Below, piece by piece: positions 19,380 through 29,626 of a DNA stretch of 64,000 nucleotides. Below the pieces are notes generated by a model. That model had not been told where the DNA came from, ran no database searches, and saw only the letters and a list, made by a program, of their open reading frames with translations. Within the stretch, counting starts at the first letter, position 1; every line of letters starts with the position of its first letter. A program made the position numbers and the translations under genes. The DNA is taken from contig JACJVZ010000001.1 of assembly GCA_020637445.1 (NCBI GenBank), positions 1,755,952 to 1,819,951 of the forward strand. The letters are read 5' to 3'. This DNA is from Calditrichota bacterium (lineage in GTDB: Bacteria; Electryoneota; RPQS01).

Positions 19380-21812
19380 TTGTTCATGACCTCGCTGGCC
19401 TCTAAAGGGAGTGCAAAAGGGGGCACTCATCAGCTCTGCGCGCACTGTTCATTGCCTGTCCCTCCTGCCCGTCAAGTTGAGTCTGGAGATGCTTTTTGCT
19501 GTGCTGGCTGCGAGGCGGTATATGCGATTCTGCACGAGTCGGATCTGGATGAATATTACGCGATGCGCGACAGGCTCGGCGCGGAGAAGACCGGTCCGGC
19601 GCGGGTTTCGGGGAAGGCCTTCGACTATTTTGACGATCCGGAGTTCTTGAAACGTTACGCCGAGCCGCGCTCTGAAGGGTTGCTGTCGGTGAGGTTTTAT
19701 CTGGAAGGCGTGCACTGCGCGGCTTGTTCGTGGCTGGTCGAGAAAGTTCTGTTGGAACGTGAAGGCGCGGCCTATGCGCAATTGGATATGGGCCGCAACA
19801 TTGTCGAGATCGTCTTTGATCCTGTTCACGCGCGGCTTTCAAAGTTTGCGCGGGCATTGGATCGATTTGGATACACCCCCCATCCGCTTGTCGAGGATAG
19901 CGTCGCCCAGGCGCGAAAGAAGGAAACTCGGAGCTTGCTGTTGCGGATGGGAGTTGCCGGAGCTGTGGCGGGGAACATCATGCTTCTGGCGGCGGCCCTC
20001 TATGCAGGGGAATTCACCGGAATAGATACGGATTTGGCGAATCTTTTCCGCTGGGTAAGTTTTGGACTTGCCTTGCCGGCGGTGCTCTACTCTGCCCTGC
20101 CGTTTTACCGGGGCGCGATTTCGGGATTGCGCGCCGGAATGCTGCACATGGATTTGCCGATCAGTTTGGGAATTTTGGCGGCGATGTCCGTCAGTGTCGC
20201 GGCGACCGTTCAGTCACGCGGCGAAGTGTACTTTGACACTCTTTCGATACTAATCTTTTTGCTGTTGGTGGGCAGAATGCTGCTCAGTCGAGCGACGGCC
20301 CGCGCGGCGGACTCGGCGGAGTCGTTGATGGAGCAAGCGCCGCGTCGTGTGCGGCGCGAGACCAACGGCAAAGTTGAAGAGATTGAGCTTGCGGCGGCCG
20401 ATGCAGGAGATGCTCTGCTGTTCTTGCCGGGCGACGTCGTGGCGGTGGATGGAGTGGCTCTGCAAGGCGGATGGGTGACGGAAGCTCATTTGAGCGGAGA
20501 ATCCGACTCAGTGTGGAAAGAGATTGGCGCGACGGTCTATGCCGGATCGCAGGTTGTGTCGGTACCGCTGAGACTTCAGGCGACCGCGGTGGGAGCATTT
20601 ACAAGACTTGCGCAGTTTTCGGAAATGATCCGCAAAGCTGCGGCGTCGCGGGCCCCGATCGTCAAATTGCATGACAAGATCGCCGGGTATTTTGTGGCGA
20701 CTGTTCTGACGCTTGCTGCGGTCACGGCGATCATCTGGTGGCAGATTGATCCTGCGAGAGTTCCGTGGAACGTCGCGGCGCTGTTGGTGATTACGTGCCC
20801 TTGTGCTCTGGGGCTGGCAACTCCGGTTGCATTGTCGATTGCAATGGGCCGCGCGGCGAAGCGGGGGATCTACATCAAGACTTCCGACGCGCTGGAACGC
20901 GCATCGACGGTCCGGCATGCTCTGTTGGACAAGACGGGAACTTTGACCTCGGGAAAGACCGAACTTGTGGCCTCAAAGTTTGCGCGGGATTTGACTCCGT
21001 GTGAACAGGACAAGTTGATGGCGCAGGTTGCCGTGCTTGAGTCTTATTCGACGCATCCGGTGGGGCAGGCGCTGAAGCGGATTGAGTCGCCAGACTTTGA
21101 CGTCAGCGACGTAGTGGTTCATGCTCAGGGAATTTCCGGCTCCGTTGCGGGCGACAGACTCGCAGTGGGTTCGAGGAGATTTCTGCGCGACATGGAATGT
21201 CTCGATGGCGCCTTGTCGGCGGATTGCGACGGGAATGTGTTCGTGGCGCGCAACGGAAAGATCGTCGCGTGTCTTTTAGTGGCCGATCCGATCAGCAAAG
21301 ACGCGCAGCACGCAGTCGATGCATTGCGCAAACGAAAGATAGCGGTTGAACTTCTGAGTGGCGATCGCGCGGCGGAAGTGGCGCGGGTGGCCGGAGCTCT
21401 GGGAATAGTATCGGCTCGCGGAGACGTGACACCGGAAGATAAGCTCGCCAGAGTTGCGGAACTCGAAGCCAGCGGCACACACACGGCGATGTTCGGCGAC
21501 GGAGTGAATGACGCGGCGGCGCTGTCGCGGGCGACGGTGGGAGTGTCGGCGGCGGAAGCGGCAGACATAGCGCGAAGTGCCGCGGACGTGTTTGTTTCTC
21601 GGCGCGGTCCGATCGCATTTGCTGAATTGGTATCTCTTTCGACGAACACGATGCGGACAATCCGCCGCAACGTGGTGATCGCGATCTGTTACAATGCAAT
21701 TGGCGCGGGGCTGGCGATGGCGGGCTTGGTTTCACCTTTGCTTGCGGCGCTCTTGATGCCCGCGTCTTCGATTACTGTCCTGACACTTGCCGTTCGAGGC
21801 TCGAAGCCATGA
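19380..21812 (+). CDS. ccoI: Copper-translocating P1B-type ATPase of the cbb3 maturation type (CcoI/FixI)
   Basis: N-terminal Cys-rich ATPase-cat_bd-like region (CAHCSLPV...FCCAGCEAVY) and an HMA-like GVHCAACSWLVEK. CPC motif (ITCPCALGLATP), DKTGTLT and GDGVNDAAAL are all present. The stop overlaps the ccoS start. Confidence 0.85.
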   Translation: MFMTSLASKGSAKGGTHQLCAHCSLPVPPARQVESGDAFCCAGCEAVYAILHESDLDEYYAMRDRLGAEKTGPARVSGKAFDYFDDPEFLKRYAEPRSEGLLSVRFYLEGVHCAACSWLVEKVLLEREGAAYAQLDMGRNIVEIVFDPVHARLSKFARALDRFGYTPHPLVEDSVAQARKKETRSLLLRMGVAGAVAGNIMLLAAALYAGEFTGIDTDLANLFRWVSFGLALPAVLYSALPFYRGAISGLRAGMLHMDLPISLGILAAMSVSVAATVQSRGEVYFDTLSILIFLLLVGRMLLSRATARAADSAESLMEQAPRRVRRETNGKVEEIELAAADAGDALLFLPGDVVAVDGVALQGGWVTEAHLSGESDSVWKEIGATVYAGSQVVSVPLRLQATAVGAFTRLAQFSEMIRKAAASRAPIVKLHDKIAGYFVATVLTLAAVTAIIWWQIDPARVPWNVAALLVITCPCALGLATPVALSIAMGRAAKRGIYIKTSDALERASTVRHALLDKTGTLTSGKTELVASKFARDLTPCEQDKLMAQVAVLESYSTHPVGQALKRIESPDFDVSDVVVHAQGISGSVAGDRLAVGSRRFLRDMECLDGALSADCDGNVFVARNGKIVACLLVADPISKDAQHAVDALRKRKIAVELLSGDRAAEVARVAGALGIVSARGDVTPEDKLARVAELEASGTHTAMFGDGVNDAAALSRATVGVSAAEAADIARSAADVFVSRRGPIAFAELVSLSTNTMRTIRRNVVIAICYNAIGAGLAMAGLVSPLLAALLMPASSITVLTLAVRGSKP

Positions 21813-21976
21813 ATATCATTTATTGGCTGATGGGATTCGCGGTGCTGTTCATATTGGTCTTTGTAGGATTCTATTTGTGGGCAGTTCGCGGAGGGCAATT
21901 CGACGATTTGGAAAGCCCGGCACACCGGATTTTGTTTGACGACAACGAAACAACTAAAGATAAAGACGGGAAGTAG
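21809..21976 (+). CDS. ccoS: cbb3 oxidase maturation protein CcoS/FixS (55 aa; absent from supplied ORF track)
   Basis: Hand translation gives [55 protein letters not shown]. It has one TM segment and the CcoS-type GQFDDLE...RILFDD motif. Its start forms an ATGA overlap with the ccoI stop. Confidence 0.85.
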   Translation: MNIIYWLMGFAVLFILVFVGFYLWAVRGGQFDDLESPAHRILFDDNETTKDKDGK

Positions 21977-21981
21977 ACTCT

Positions 21982-24111
21982 ATGGCGATGGAAACCTTTC
22001 GCTATGACTACGATATCGTTCGCAAGTTTACCATAGTCACCCTGCTTTGGGGTGTCGTGGGTATGCTTGTGGGCGTGATCGTAGCGGCGCAGCTTGCCTT
22101 CTGGCAGCTGAACTTTGAAACGTCTTGGCTGACGTTCGGGCGACTTCGTCCGCTGCACACAAACGCGGTAATTTTCGCGTTTGCCGGCAATGCGATATTC
22201 GCGGGCGTGTATTACTCGACGCAACGGCTCTTGAAAGCGAGGATGTTCAGCGACACGCTGTCGCGAATACATTTCTGGGGCTGGCAGATCATCATTGTTT
22301 TAGCGGCTGTGACGCTGCCGTTGGGTATTTCGACTTCGAAAGAGTACGCGGAACTCGAGTGGCCGATTGACATATTGATCGCGCTGGTTTGGGTGGTGTT
22401 CGCGATCAACTTTTTCGGAACGATTGCCAAGCGCCGGGAGCGCCACTTGTACGTGGGCATCTGGTTTTACATCGCGACGATCATAACGATCGCGATGCTG
22501 CACATCGTGAACAGCTTGGCGGTTCCCGCGACGTTTTTGAAGAGCTACTCAGTGTTCGCGGGCGTTCAGGATGCGTTGGTGCAGTGGTGGTACGGGCATA
22601 ATGCCGTAGGATTTCTGTTGACGACTCCGTTCTTGGGAATGATGTACTACTTCCTGCCCAAGGCTGCGAACCGTCCGGTCTACAGTTACCGGCTTTCGAT
22701 TATTCACTTCTGGGCTCTGGTCTTTCTTTACATATGGGCTGGCCCGCACCACTTGCACTATACGGCTCTTCCGGACTGGGCACAAACACTGGGTGCGGTA
22801 TTCAGCATCATGCTGATCGCGCCGTCGTGGGGCGGCATGTTGAACGGACTCCTGACTCTGCGCGGCGCGTGGAACAAGGTTCGTCAGGATCCGATTTTGA
22901 AGTTCTTCGTGCTCTCGGTGACGTTCTACGGAATGTCGACGTTCGAAGGCCCGATGATGTCGATCAAGGCCATCAATTCGCTGACGCACTACACGGACTA
23001 TACGGTCGCGCACGTTCACGGCGGCGCGTTGGGCTGGGTCGGCTTCATGGTCTTTGGTATGTTCTATTATCTGATTCCGAAGCTGTGGAAGACGGAGCTT
23101 TATTCGAAGGAACTTGCGACGACGCACTTCTGGATATCGACGATCGGAATTTTGCTTTACATCGTTCCGATCTGGACGGCTGGCATTATGCAGGGTTTGA
23201 TGTGGCGCGCGTTCGACGCGGACGGTTTGCTGCAGTATCCGAACTTTGTTGAGACGACACAGAGGATATTGCCGTTCTACTACACTCGCGTGTTGGGCGG
23301 CGTGCTCTATTTGACGGGTATTCTCTTGATGTGCTACAACGTAATTCGCACGGTGCGCGGCGCGGAGAAGGTGGACGAAGAAGTGACGGCGCCGTCCTTG
23401 GCGGGATTGAAGCCAGCAACGTATTCTTCGAAGACGTACTGGCACCATTTCATCGAAGGCAAGCCGTTTTCGTTTGCGATGTTCGTGACGGTGTTGGTGA
23501 CGATTGGCGGAATTGTGGAAATCGGACCGTTGTTGATGCCGAAGAGTTATGTTCCGATGCATGCCGCGGCGGCTGTGCCTTATACGCCGCTCGAACTCGC
23601 GGGCCGCGATATTTACGTACGCGAGGGCTGCTACAATTGCCACTCGCAGATGATTCGCCCGCTGCGTGACGAAGTATTGCGGTACGGCGAATATTCGAAA
23701 CCGGGTGAATTCCAGTACGACCATCCGTTCCAGTGGGGTTCTCGCCGTATCGGTCCGGACCTTGCGAGAGTAGGCGGAAAGTACCCGGATCACTGGCACT
23801 ATTTGCACTTCATGGATCCGCGTTCGACGTCGCCGGGTTCGATTATGCCGCCCTATTCTTGGTTGGCAGAAAGCGAGCTGAAGACGTCGGACATCGAGGC
23901 GAAGATGCGCGCGCAAGTTACATTGGGAACTCCCTATACGACGAGCGACATTGAAGGTGCGCAAGAGTCGATGCGTTCGCAAGCCGAGCAAATCGGCGCG
24001 CGTCTTGCGGCGGAAGGCATCACGGGTATGGAAGACAAGGAAATCGTCGCAGTCATTTCTTACCTTCAGCGCCTCGGCAAGCAGCCGGTGCAACTGTTGG
24101 CAGGAAACTGA
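21982..24111 (+). CDS. ccoNO: Fused cbb3-type cytochrome c oxidase subunits I+II (CcoN-CcoO)
   Basis: The N-terminal ~470 aa are a heme-copper oxidase subunit I ([30 protein letters not shown]). These are followed by a CcoO-like TM segment ([12 protein letters not shown]) and a heme c site ([11 protein letters not shown]). Confidence 0.9.
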   Translation: MAMETFRYDYDIVRKFTIVTLLWGVVGMLVGVIVAAQLAFWQLNFETSWLTFGRLRPLHTNAVIFAFAGNAIFAGVYYSTQRLLKARMFSDTLSRIHFWGWQIIIVLAAVTLPLGISTSKEYAELEWPIDILIALVWVVFAINFFGTIAKRRERHLYVGIWFYIATIITIAMLHIVNSLAVPATFLKSYSVFAGVQDALVQWWYGHNAVGFLLTTPFLGMMYYFLPKAANRPVYSYRLSIIHFWALVFLYIWAGPHHLHYTALPDWAQTLGAVFSIMLIAPSWGGMLNGLLTLRGAWNKVRQDPILKFFVLSVTFYGMSTFEGPMMSIKAINSLTHYTDYTVAHVHGGALGWVGFMVFGMFYYLIPKLWKTELYSKELATTHFWISTIGILLYIVPIWTAGIMQGLMWRAFDADGLLQYPNFVETTQRILPFYYTRVLGGVLYLTGILLMCYNVIRTVRGAEKVDEEVTAPSLAGLKPATYSSKTYWHHFIEGKPFSFAMFVTVLVTIGGIVEIGPLLMPKSYVPMHAAAAVPYTPLELAGRDIYVREGCYNCHSQMIRPLRDEVLRYGEYSKPGEFQYDHPFQWGSRRIGPDLARVGGKYPDHWHYLHFMDPRSTSPGSIMPPYSWLAESELKTSDIEAKMRAQVTLGTPYTTSDIEGAQESMRSQAEQIGARLAAEGITGMEDKEIVAVISYLQRLGKQPVQLLAGN

Positions 24112-24317
24112 TGCTTCGCGATATTCTAACCAACGCAAACCACGGCATTTGGCCGATCGTCTCCCTGATCATCATGTTCGTCGCGTTTGCGGCGGTGCTG
24201 ATCTGGACACTTTCGGGAAGGAAGAATCGTTTTGAAGAGGAAAGCAACATTCCGCTTCATGACGAAGATGACGAGCAACTAAATCATTCGCATTCCACGA
24301 GAGGAACTTCCTCATGA
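24111..24317 (+). CDS. CcoQ-like small membrane subunit
   Basis: 68 aa with a single TM segment (IWPIVSLIIMFVAFAAVLIW). Its position between ccoNO and ccoP fits CcoQ. It has a TGATG overlap with ccoNO and an ATGA overlap with ccoP. Confidence 0.6.
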   Translation: MLRDILTNANHGIWPIVSLIIMFVAFAAVLIWTLSGRKNRFEEESNIPLHDEDDEQLNHSHSTRGTSS

Positions 24318-24994
24318 CCGATATGGAAAAGAAAGACAAGCCGGAAGAGCTTTTGCCGGGAGATTTTATTCCGGATCAAGAGTTGCTGGACCACGAATAC
24401 GACGGTATTATGGAGGCGGACAACCCGCTGCCGAAGTGGTGGGTTCAGCTCTTCCTGATCACGATCGTGTTCGCGGTCGTGTATTTACCGGTGGTACACA
24501 TGTTTGATTTGCTGCCGAAGTACTTTTTGGCGAGCGACATCGCACAAGCGGCGCTTGTGGCCGAGCAGCGCGAAGCCGAGCTTGTGGCATCGGGTTTTTA
24601 CGACAAGGATCCCGTGGCCGCCGGGAAGAAGTATTTCGGGACCTTTTGTGTTTCGTGTCACGGGAACTTCGGCGAAGGCGGTATCGGCCCGAACTTGACG
24701 GACAACTATTGGATTCACGGTCCGTACGAAGAAAATATCGTGGCAACGATTACAAATGGTGTCGCGGCGAAAGGCATGCCGACTTGGGGCCCGATTTTGG
24801 GTGACCGCAAGATCAAGATGATCGCCGCTTACGTGATGACGCTGTGGGAGACTCCTCCGCCGACGGCCGGCAAGAAAGCTGAAGGCGAGCCCTACGACAT
24901 GGCGTCGATCCGTGCACCGAAGGAAGAGGCCGCGACGGACAGCACGGCGGCAGCGGCGGATTCGACCGCGGCCGGCGCCGGCGCAACTATGTAA
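24314..24994 (+). CDS. ccoP: cbb3 oxidase subunit III (CcoP), monoheme form
   Basis: CcoP N-terminal domain (HEYDGIMEADNPLPKWW plus a TM segment). It has a single CXXCH (CVSCHG) with a distal GMPTW. Confidence 0.8.
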   Translation: MTDMEKKDKPEELLPGDFIPDQELLDHEYDGIMEADNPLPKWWVQLFLITIVFAVVYLPVVHMFDLLPKYFLASDIAQAALVAEQREAELVASGFYDKDPVAAGKKYFGTFCVSCHGNFGEGGIGPNLTDNYWIHGPYEENIVATITNGVAAKGMPTWGPILGDRKIKMIAAYVMTLWETPPPTAGKKAEGEPYDMASIRAPKEEAATDSTAAAADSTAAGAGATM

Positions 24995-25029
24995 ACAATT
25001 TTCGTTTCGGGGGGACGAAAGGGAATAGC

Positions 25030-26451
25030 TTGGATAAGAAAAGTGAATTGCCTGTCATAGACGCACCTCACATGCCGAACACGAGCTCGACGATCGGCAC
25101 GTCAGGCAAGCGCAAGTGGGTCTATCAGGACATCGTAAAAGGCAAGTGGGCGTCGCGGCGGCAAATCGTCATCGCGGTGCTGATCGTATTTTACTTGGTT
25201 GCTCCGTGGATTTCGATCAAAGGACAACCGTTCATATTGTTTGATTTGGTCAGCCGCCGGTTCTCGTTTTTCGGACATACGTTCTTGGCGACAGACTTAT
25301 ACTTGCTTGCGCTGCTGCTCGTGCTTTCGGTGCTGGCTTTGTTCTGGTTTTCGGCGATGTTCGGCAGGCTCTGGTGTGGCTGGGCATGCCCTCAGACGGT
25401 GTATTTGGAGGGTGTGTTCTATCGGGTTGAACGCTGGCTTGAAGGTAATCCCCGCCAGAGAAAAGCTCTCGATGACGGCCCGCACGACGACGCGTATTGG
25501 ACAAAGAAGATCGCCAAGCACGGCATCTTCTGGATGATTGCGACTGCGATGAGTTTGAGCTTCACGGCCTACTTCATCGGACCGCAGGCATCGTACGAGA
25601 TGTTTTGGACTTTTGGGAAGGCGCATCCGACGGCGATGACCGTGGCGGTCGTGATCACGGCGCTCACGTATTTCAATTTTGCGTGGTTCCGGGAGCAGTT
25701 CTGTCACTTCCTTTGTCCGTATGCGAGAATTCAATCTGTGTTCCTCGACGAGCACAGTTTGATCATCGGATACGACGAGTCACGCGGGGAGCCGCGCGGC
25801 CACATGCGTCCGAACGATACGACTCAAAAGGGCGATTGTATCGCATGCAGCCGGTGCGTTCAGGTTTGTCCGGCGGGAATCGACATTCGCAATGGATTAC
25901 AGCTTGAGTGTATTCAGTGCACGGCGTGTATCGACGCGTGCGACACGGTGATGGAGAAAATCGGCCGTCCGACGGGATTGATTCGTTACGACTCGGTGGC
26001 CGGAATCGAACACAAGACACGCAAGCTGTTCCGCGCGCGTACGATTCTTTACACGGTGATATTCGTGTTGATCGGAACGATGTTCGTGCTTCGGCTTTCT
26101 TCGCGGGAGATCGTGGATTTCGCCGTGGTGCGTTCAGCGGGCACGCCGTACCTCGTGCAGGACGACGGACTTGTACGCAACATGCTGCAAATGCACTTGA
26201 CCAATACGGACGCGCGCACGCGAACCGTAACGGTTAAGTTGGAATCGCCAATTCCGGCTGAGTTGATGGTTTTGGGCGAACCGTTTGAGATTGCGCCCGG
26301 CGAACGCATCAAGGCCGAAGCCTTCGTCATGGTACCGAAGGAGCAAATCAAGGCGGCGGCGACGCCGATGGAATTCAAGCTCATGGACGGAGCTGAAGAA
26401 ATCGGCACGGCGACCGCGAAGTTCTTAGGGCCGGTTTACCGGGGAAATTGA
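25030..26451 (+). CDS. ccoG: CcoG/FixG membrane-bound 4Fe-4S ferredoxin-type protein
   Basis: Contains CGWACPQ, two ferredoxin motifs (CIACSRCVQVCPAGIDIRNG and CIQCTACIDAC), and several TM segments. The start codon is uncertain (TTG 25030 or ATG 25072). Confidence 0.85.
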   Translation: MDKKSELPVIDAPHMPNTSSTIGTSGKRKWVYQDIVKGKWASRRQIVIAVLIVFYLVAPWISIKGQPFILFDLVSRRFSFFGHTFLATDLYLLALLLVLSVLALFWFSAMFGRLWCGWACPQTVYLEGVFYRVERWLEGNPRQRKALDDGPHDDAYWTKKIAKHGIFWMIATAMSLSFTAYFIGPQASYEMFWTFGKAHPTAMTVAVVITALTYFNFAWFREQFCHFLCPYARIQSVFLDEHSLIIGYDESRGEPRGHMRPNDTTQKGDCIACSRCVQVCPAGIDIRNGLQLECIQCTACIDACDTVMEKIGRPTGLIRYDSVAGIEHKTRKLFRARTILYTVIFVLIGTMFVLRLSSREIVDFAVVRSAGTPYLVQDDGLVRNMLQMHLTNTDARTRTVTVKLESPIPAELMVLGEPFEIAPGERIKAEAFVMVPKEQIKAAATPMEFKLMDGAEEIGTATAKFLGPVYRGN

Positions 26452-26454
26452 TGA

Positions 26455-26979
26455 ATGCGAAGGGGCCAGAGCATGGCTGAAGAAAAGACACGTTCGAAAT
26501 TTCAGAAGTACCTTGACGAGAATTTGTGGCCGATGATTATCGTCGCGTTTTTGACGGCAACGGTCGCGTTCAACGTCGCGGTCGCGACGATTGCCGTGAA
26601 GCATCCGCCGGAACTGATGACGGAGCATTACTACGAGAAGGGCGCCAACTTGCGCGAAGTCGTGAATGAAAAGCAGGCGACCGTACGCACGGGTTGGAAG
26701 GTCACGGCAGACATGGTGACGGAGGATAATTCCCTGGTGATGCTGACCGTGATCGACGCTGCGGGTTTGCCTTGTGATTCCGTGATTGGCACATGCAGCC
26801 TTTATCGTCCGTCGAACAAGCATCTCGATCAAGAAGCCAAGCAAATTCTTGCCATGGGTGCGGGCCGCTACGCCGTAAAGACCGAAGACCCGCTGTTGCG
26901 CGGAGCTTGGGAATGCGTCGCGGACTTGAACAAAGGCGAGAAACACTACAAAGACCGGATTTCCTTTTTCGTGAACTGA
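26455..26979 (+). CDS. ccoH: FixH-family protein (CcoH-like)
   Basis: Single N-terminal TM segment (NLWPMIIVAFLTATVAFNVAVATIAV) followed by a periplasmic beta-rich domain. Its conserved position is after ccoG. Confidence 0.6.
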   Translation: MRRGQSMAEEKTRSKFQKYLDENLWPMIIVAFLTATVAFNVAVATIAVKHPPELMTEHYYEKGANLREVVNEKQATVRTGWKVTADMVTEDNSLVMLTVIDAAGLPCDSVIGTCSLYRPSNKHLDQEAKQILAMGAGRYAVKTEDPLLRGAWECVADLNKGEKHYKDRISFFVN

Positions 26980-26980
26980 C

Positions 26981-27664
26981 ATGAACTCGTTTGCAGTTGA
27001 CATTGTGCCGGCATTCGTGGTGGGACTCTTAAGTTCCGCGCACTGCATCGGCATGTGCGGCCCGTTGGCGACATTGGGTTGCCGCTCCAAAATGACGGGC
27101 GGCGCGTGGGCTCCGCTGGGATTTTCATTGGGGAAACTGGTCTCATACTCCTTGTTGGGATTGGCAGCAGCTTCACTGGGTGCCATCTTTATGGATCAAA
27201 CGGGACTGCAAAAGGCGACCGCGTGGGTGTCGATCGTCGGCGGAGTCTTGATGATTGTTGCGCTGATCCTCGCGTATGTTTTGCCGACGTCGGGCGGATT
27301 CTTAGCAAAAATCTCCGTGGCGATGTCCAAGCGCGCGCTGCGATGGGGGAAATTGATGTCTCCGGGATTGGGACTGGCGGCGGCATTTTTGCCATGTGGA
27401 GTGTTGTATGCGATGGTCGCTCGATCTGCCGCGGCATCGACACCTGTGAATGGCATGTTGATCATGCAAGCCTTCGGAATCGGAACTATGCCCGCGCTGC
27501 TGGGATTGGGCGCACTGATCAAACGTATTCCCGCGAGGTTCAGCCGCTACGGCAACGTTGCCGCAAGCGCATTGATAGCAATTACGGCCATCGTACTTTT
27601 GTGGCGCGGAATGGCCGGACTTGCGGCCGATCACGGTCCTCCCCCCTGCTGCGGCGGACACTAA
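26981..27664 (+). CDS. TauE/SafE- or DsbD_2-like membrane protein associated with cbb3 maturation clusters
   Basis: Six or more TM segments and an N-terminal SAHCIGMCGPL motif. It is the last gene before the terminator. Confidence 0.6.
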   Translation: MNSFAVDIVPAFVVGLLSSAHCIGMCGPLATLGCRSKMTGGAWAPLGFSLGKLVSYSLLGLAAASLGAIFMDQTGLQKATAWVSIVGGVLMIVALILAYVLPTSGGFLAKISVAMSKRALRWGKLMSPGLGLAAAFLPCGVLYAMVARSAAASTPVNGMLIMQAFGIGTMPALLGLGALIKRIPARFSRYGNVAASALIAITAIVLLWRGMAGLAADHGPPPCCGGH

Positions 27665-27682
27665 TATTTTCAAGAGCAAATC

Positions 27683-27713
27683 AAAAGGGTCAGGCAACAG
27701 CCTGACCCTTTTT
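27683..27713. terminator. Bidirectional rho-independent terminator
   Basis: Hairpin aaaagggtcagg-caaca-gcctgaccctttt flanked by an A-run and a T-run, between convergent genes. Confidence 0.7.
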
Positions 27714-27735
27714 ACGTCTTACAAACAGATAAAAC

Positions 27736-29169
27736 CTAATGATGTTCAGGGACCACGAGATGTTCGCCCGCAGCTTCAATTCCTTCAGCGATTGCGACCA
27801 CGTCGTATTTCAATCTTGAGAGCAGCGACGCGACCGCCGACGAACGCACACCCGCCGAGCAATAGACCACAACGCGGCGGTCTCTGGGGATTTCGGTCAG
27901 CCTGCTCAGAATTCTGGTGTGTGGAATCAAGACGGAGTCGGGCAAGCGGAGTTCATCAAATTCGCTTTCACCACGCACGTCGAGCATGAACTCACCGCTC
28001 CGATTGGACAGCACGTCACGAAACGTGACCGTTTCGAGTTTCGTGAGCTTGGGGTTGAATTTCTTGATCCACGTTTCATATTCTTTGGTGCGGACAAATC
28101 CGAGGATATTGTCCAAACCGACCCGCCAAAGCAAGCGTACCGCCAGCTCAGCTTGCATGTCGTGACATACCACCACGATCTTTTGCCCCGCGGAAATCAA
28201 GGAACCGGCATAAGAAGGAAAACTCTTGGTAAGTGGAATCCACAAGCTGCCGGGAATATGGCCATCAAAAAAGGCGTCGCGATCGAGCCGCGTGTCCACG
28301 ATCACGACACTGGAATCGGAGGCGAGAATCGGCAATCTTCCCGGAGCAATGGACTGAAGTTTGAATTCCGAAGGCAACAGCGGCGGCCCCTGCTTGTTCC
28401 ACTTTTTCATTTGCGCGAAATACAGCGGCGGTTCGGGCTGGCCGTGCAGAATCTCGTGGACGAACTTCTCTTCCCCACTCTGTGCCGCAAGCAAACTTGG
28501 ATTGACGCGGCGTTCGTATCCGACTGTCGTATCGGGAATCGACCCGAGTGCTTTTCCGCAGGCTGACCCTGCTCCGTGGCCGGGCCAAACCTGCAAGTAA
28601 TCCGGGAACTGGAAGAACTCGAGCAATGATCTGTAGAGTTCGTGTGCGGCGGGTTCTTTTGCGCCCGCTTCACCGGCTGCGGATTCGAGCAAGTCGGGCC
28701 TGCCGACGTCTCCGACAAACACGAAATCGCCGCTGATTATTCCAATAGGATATTCAGCACCTGCCCCGCGATCGGTGATCATGAAACAAATATGTTCGGG
28801 CGTGTGGCCGGGGGTGTGAACGACTTCGAATTCGATATTCCCGACGTGAAAAACGTCGCCGTGTTTGACCCGGAAGAGCTTCGCGGGCTCCTTGGGCTCC
28901 CATGTATACTGCCAGTCGTCGCCGCCCTCACCGGAAAGATAGACTCGCACGGGGTAGTTGTTCCCAAACTCGCGCGTGCCGCTGACGAAGTCGGCGTGAA
29001 TATGGGTTTCGGCTACAGCCACGATTTTCAAATTATTGCGCAGCGCGATTTCGACGTAGCGGTCAATATCCCGTTCGGGATCGATCAACAGCGCCTCGCC
29101 GGTTTCTTGACAACCGATTAGGTAAGCATACTGCGCAAGATACGGGTCTTCAATTTGACGGAAAAACAT
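27736..29169 (-). CDS. MBL-fold metallo-hydrolase (persulfide-dioxygenase-like) fused to two rhodanese domains
   Basis: MBL motif (AETHIHADFVSG...HTPGHTPEH). The C-terminal rhodanese modules carry active-site-like loops (VVVCHDMQ and VVVYCSAGVRSS). Confidence 0.8.
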   Translation of the reverse strand: MFFRQIEDPYLAQYAYLIGCQETGEALLIDPERDIDRYVEIALRNNLKIVAVAETHIHADFVSGTREFGNNYPVRVYLSGEGGDDWQYTWEPKEPAKLFRVKHGDVFHVGNIEFEVVHTPGHTPEHICFMITDRGAGAEYPIGIISGDFVFVGDVGRPDLLESAAGEAGAKEPAAHELYRSLLEFFQFPDYLQVWPGHGAGSACGKALGSIPDTTVGYERRVNPSLLAAQSGEEKFVHEILHGQPEPPLYFAQMKKWNKQGPPLLPSEFKLQSIAPGRLPILASDSSVVIVDTRLDRDAFFDGHIPGSLWIPLTKSFPSYAGSLISAGQKIVVVCHDMQAELAVRLLWRVGLDNILGFVRTKEYETWIKKFNPKLTKLETVTFRDVLSNRSGEFMLDVRGESEFDELRLPDSVLIPHTRILSRLTEIPRDRRVVVYCSAGVRSSAVASLLSRLKYDVVAIAEGIEAAGEHLVVPEHH

Positions 29170-29175
29170 ACGGCC

Positions 29176-29625
29176 TTAGTGCGGTAGTTTGGGTTTCAAG
29201 TAACCGTAGGTCCAAGCTCCGACGAGGGCGAAAAACAGCGGTACAATCATAACAGTCATTCCTGTGCCGATCAAAGTGTAGAGCGGGCCGGGGCAAGCAC
29301 CTGTCAATGCCCAGCCGACTCCAAAGCACAGTCCCCCGAATAGATAACTTTTCCAAACGGTCTTGTCTTTTTCTTCGACAACAATTTCGCGGCCACTGAT
29401 GTCTTTCAAATTGAGGCTGCGAAGAATCTTCAGGCTGATAGCCGCCGTGAGAATCGCGGATATTAACAAGCCATACATGTAAAAGGATTGAAAGCGGAAC
29501 ATCTCCTGAATGCGAAACCACGAAATTGCTTCAGATTTGGAAATCACAATCCCGAAGTAAACTCCGAGCAGGATGAAAACAAGTTTGTCGCGAGCGGTGA
29601 GAGGTGTATGCGAAGAGATTTGCAT
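29176..29625 (-). CDS. YeeE/YedE-family sulfur-compound transport protein (second half-size subunit)
   Basis: 149 aa with four TM segments and GACPG-type motifs. It directly follows the other YeeE/YedE gene. Confidence 0.7.
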   Translation of the reverse strand: MQISSHTPLTARDKLVFILLGVYFGIVISKSEAISWFRIQEMFRFQSFYMYGLLISAILTAAISLKILRSLNLKDISGREIVVEEKDKTVWKSYLFGGLCFGVGWALTGACPGPLYTLIGTGMTVMIVPLFFALVGAWTYGYLKPKLPH

Positions 29626-29626
29626 G

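Noticed and set aside
22549-24138. 529-aa antisense ORF across ccoNO.
   Set aside because: It is also in the codon-aligned antisense frame (22549-21982 = 567, divisible by 3). It is extremely Arg-rich and the sense strand has unmistakable heme-copper oxidase motifs. The same explanation applies to 6269..7060, 52009..52728, 58874..59881 and 62763..63512, which are all frame-aligned to the sense genes.
27055-27705. 216-aa ORF overlapping the TauE-like gene in another plus-strand frame.
   Set aside because: It is Arg/Gly-rich with no TM or domain features. The 26981 frame gives a coherent polytopic membrane protein abutting fixH.
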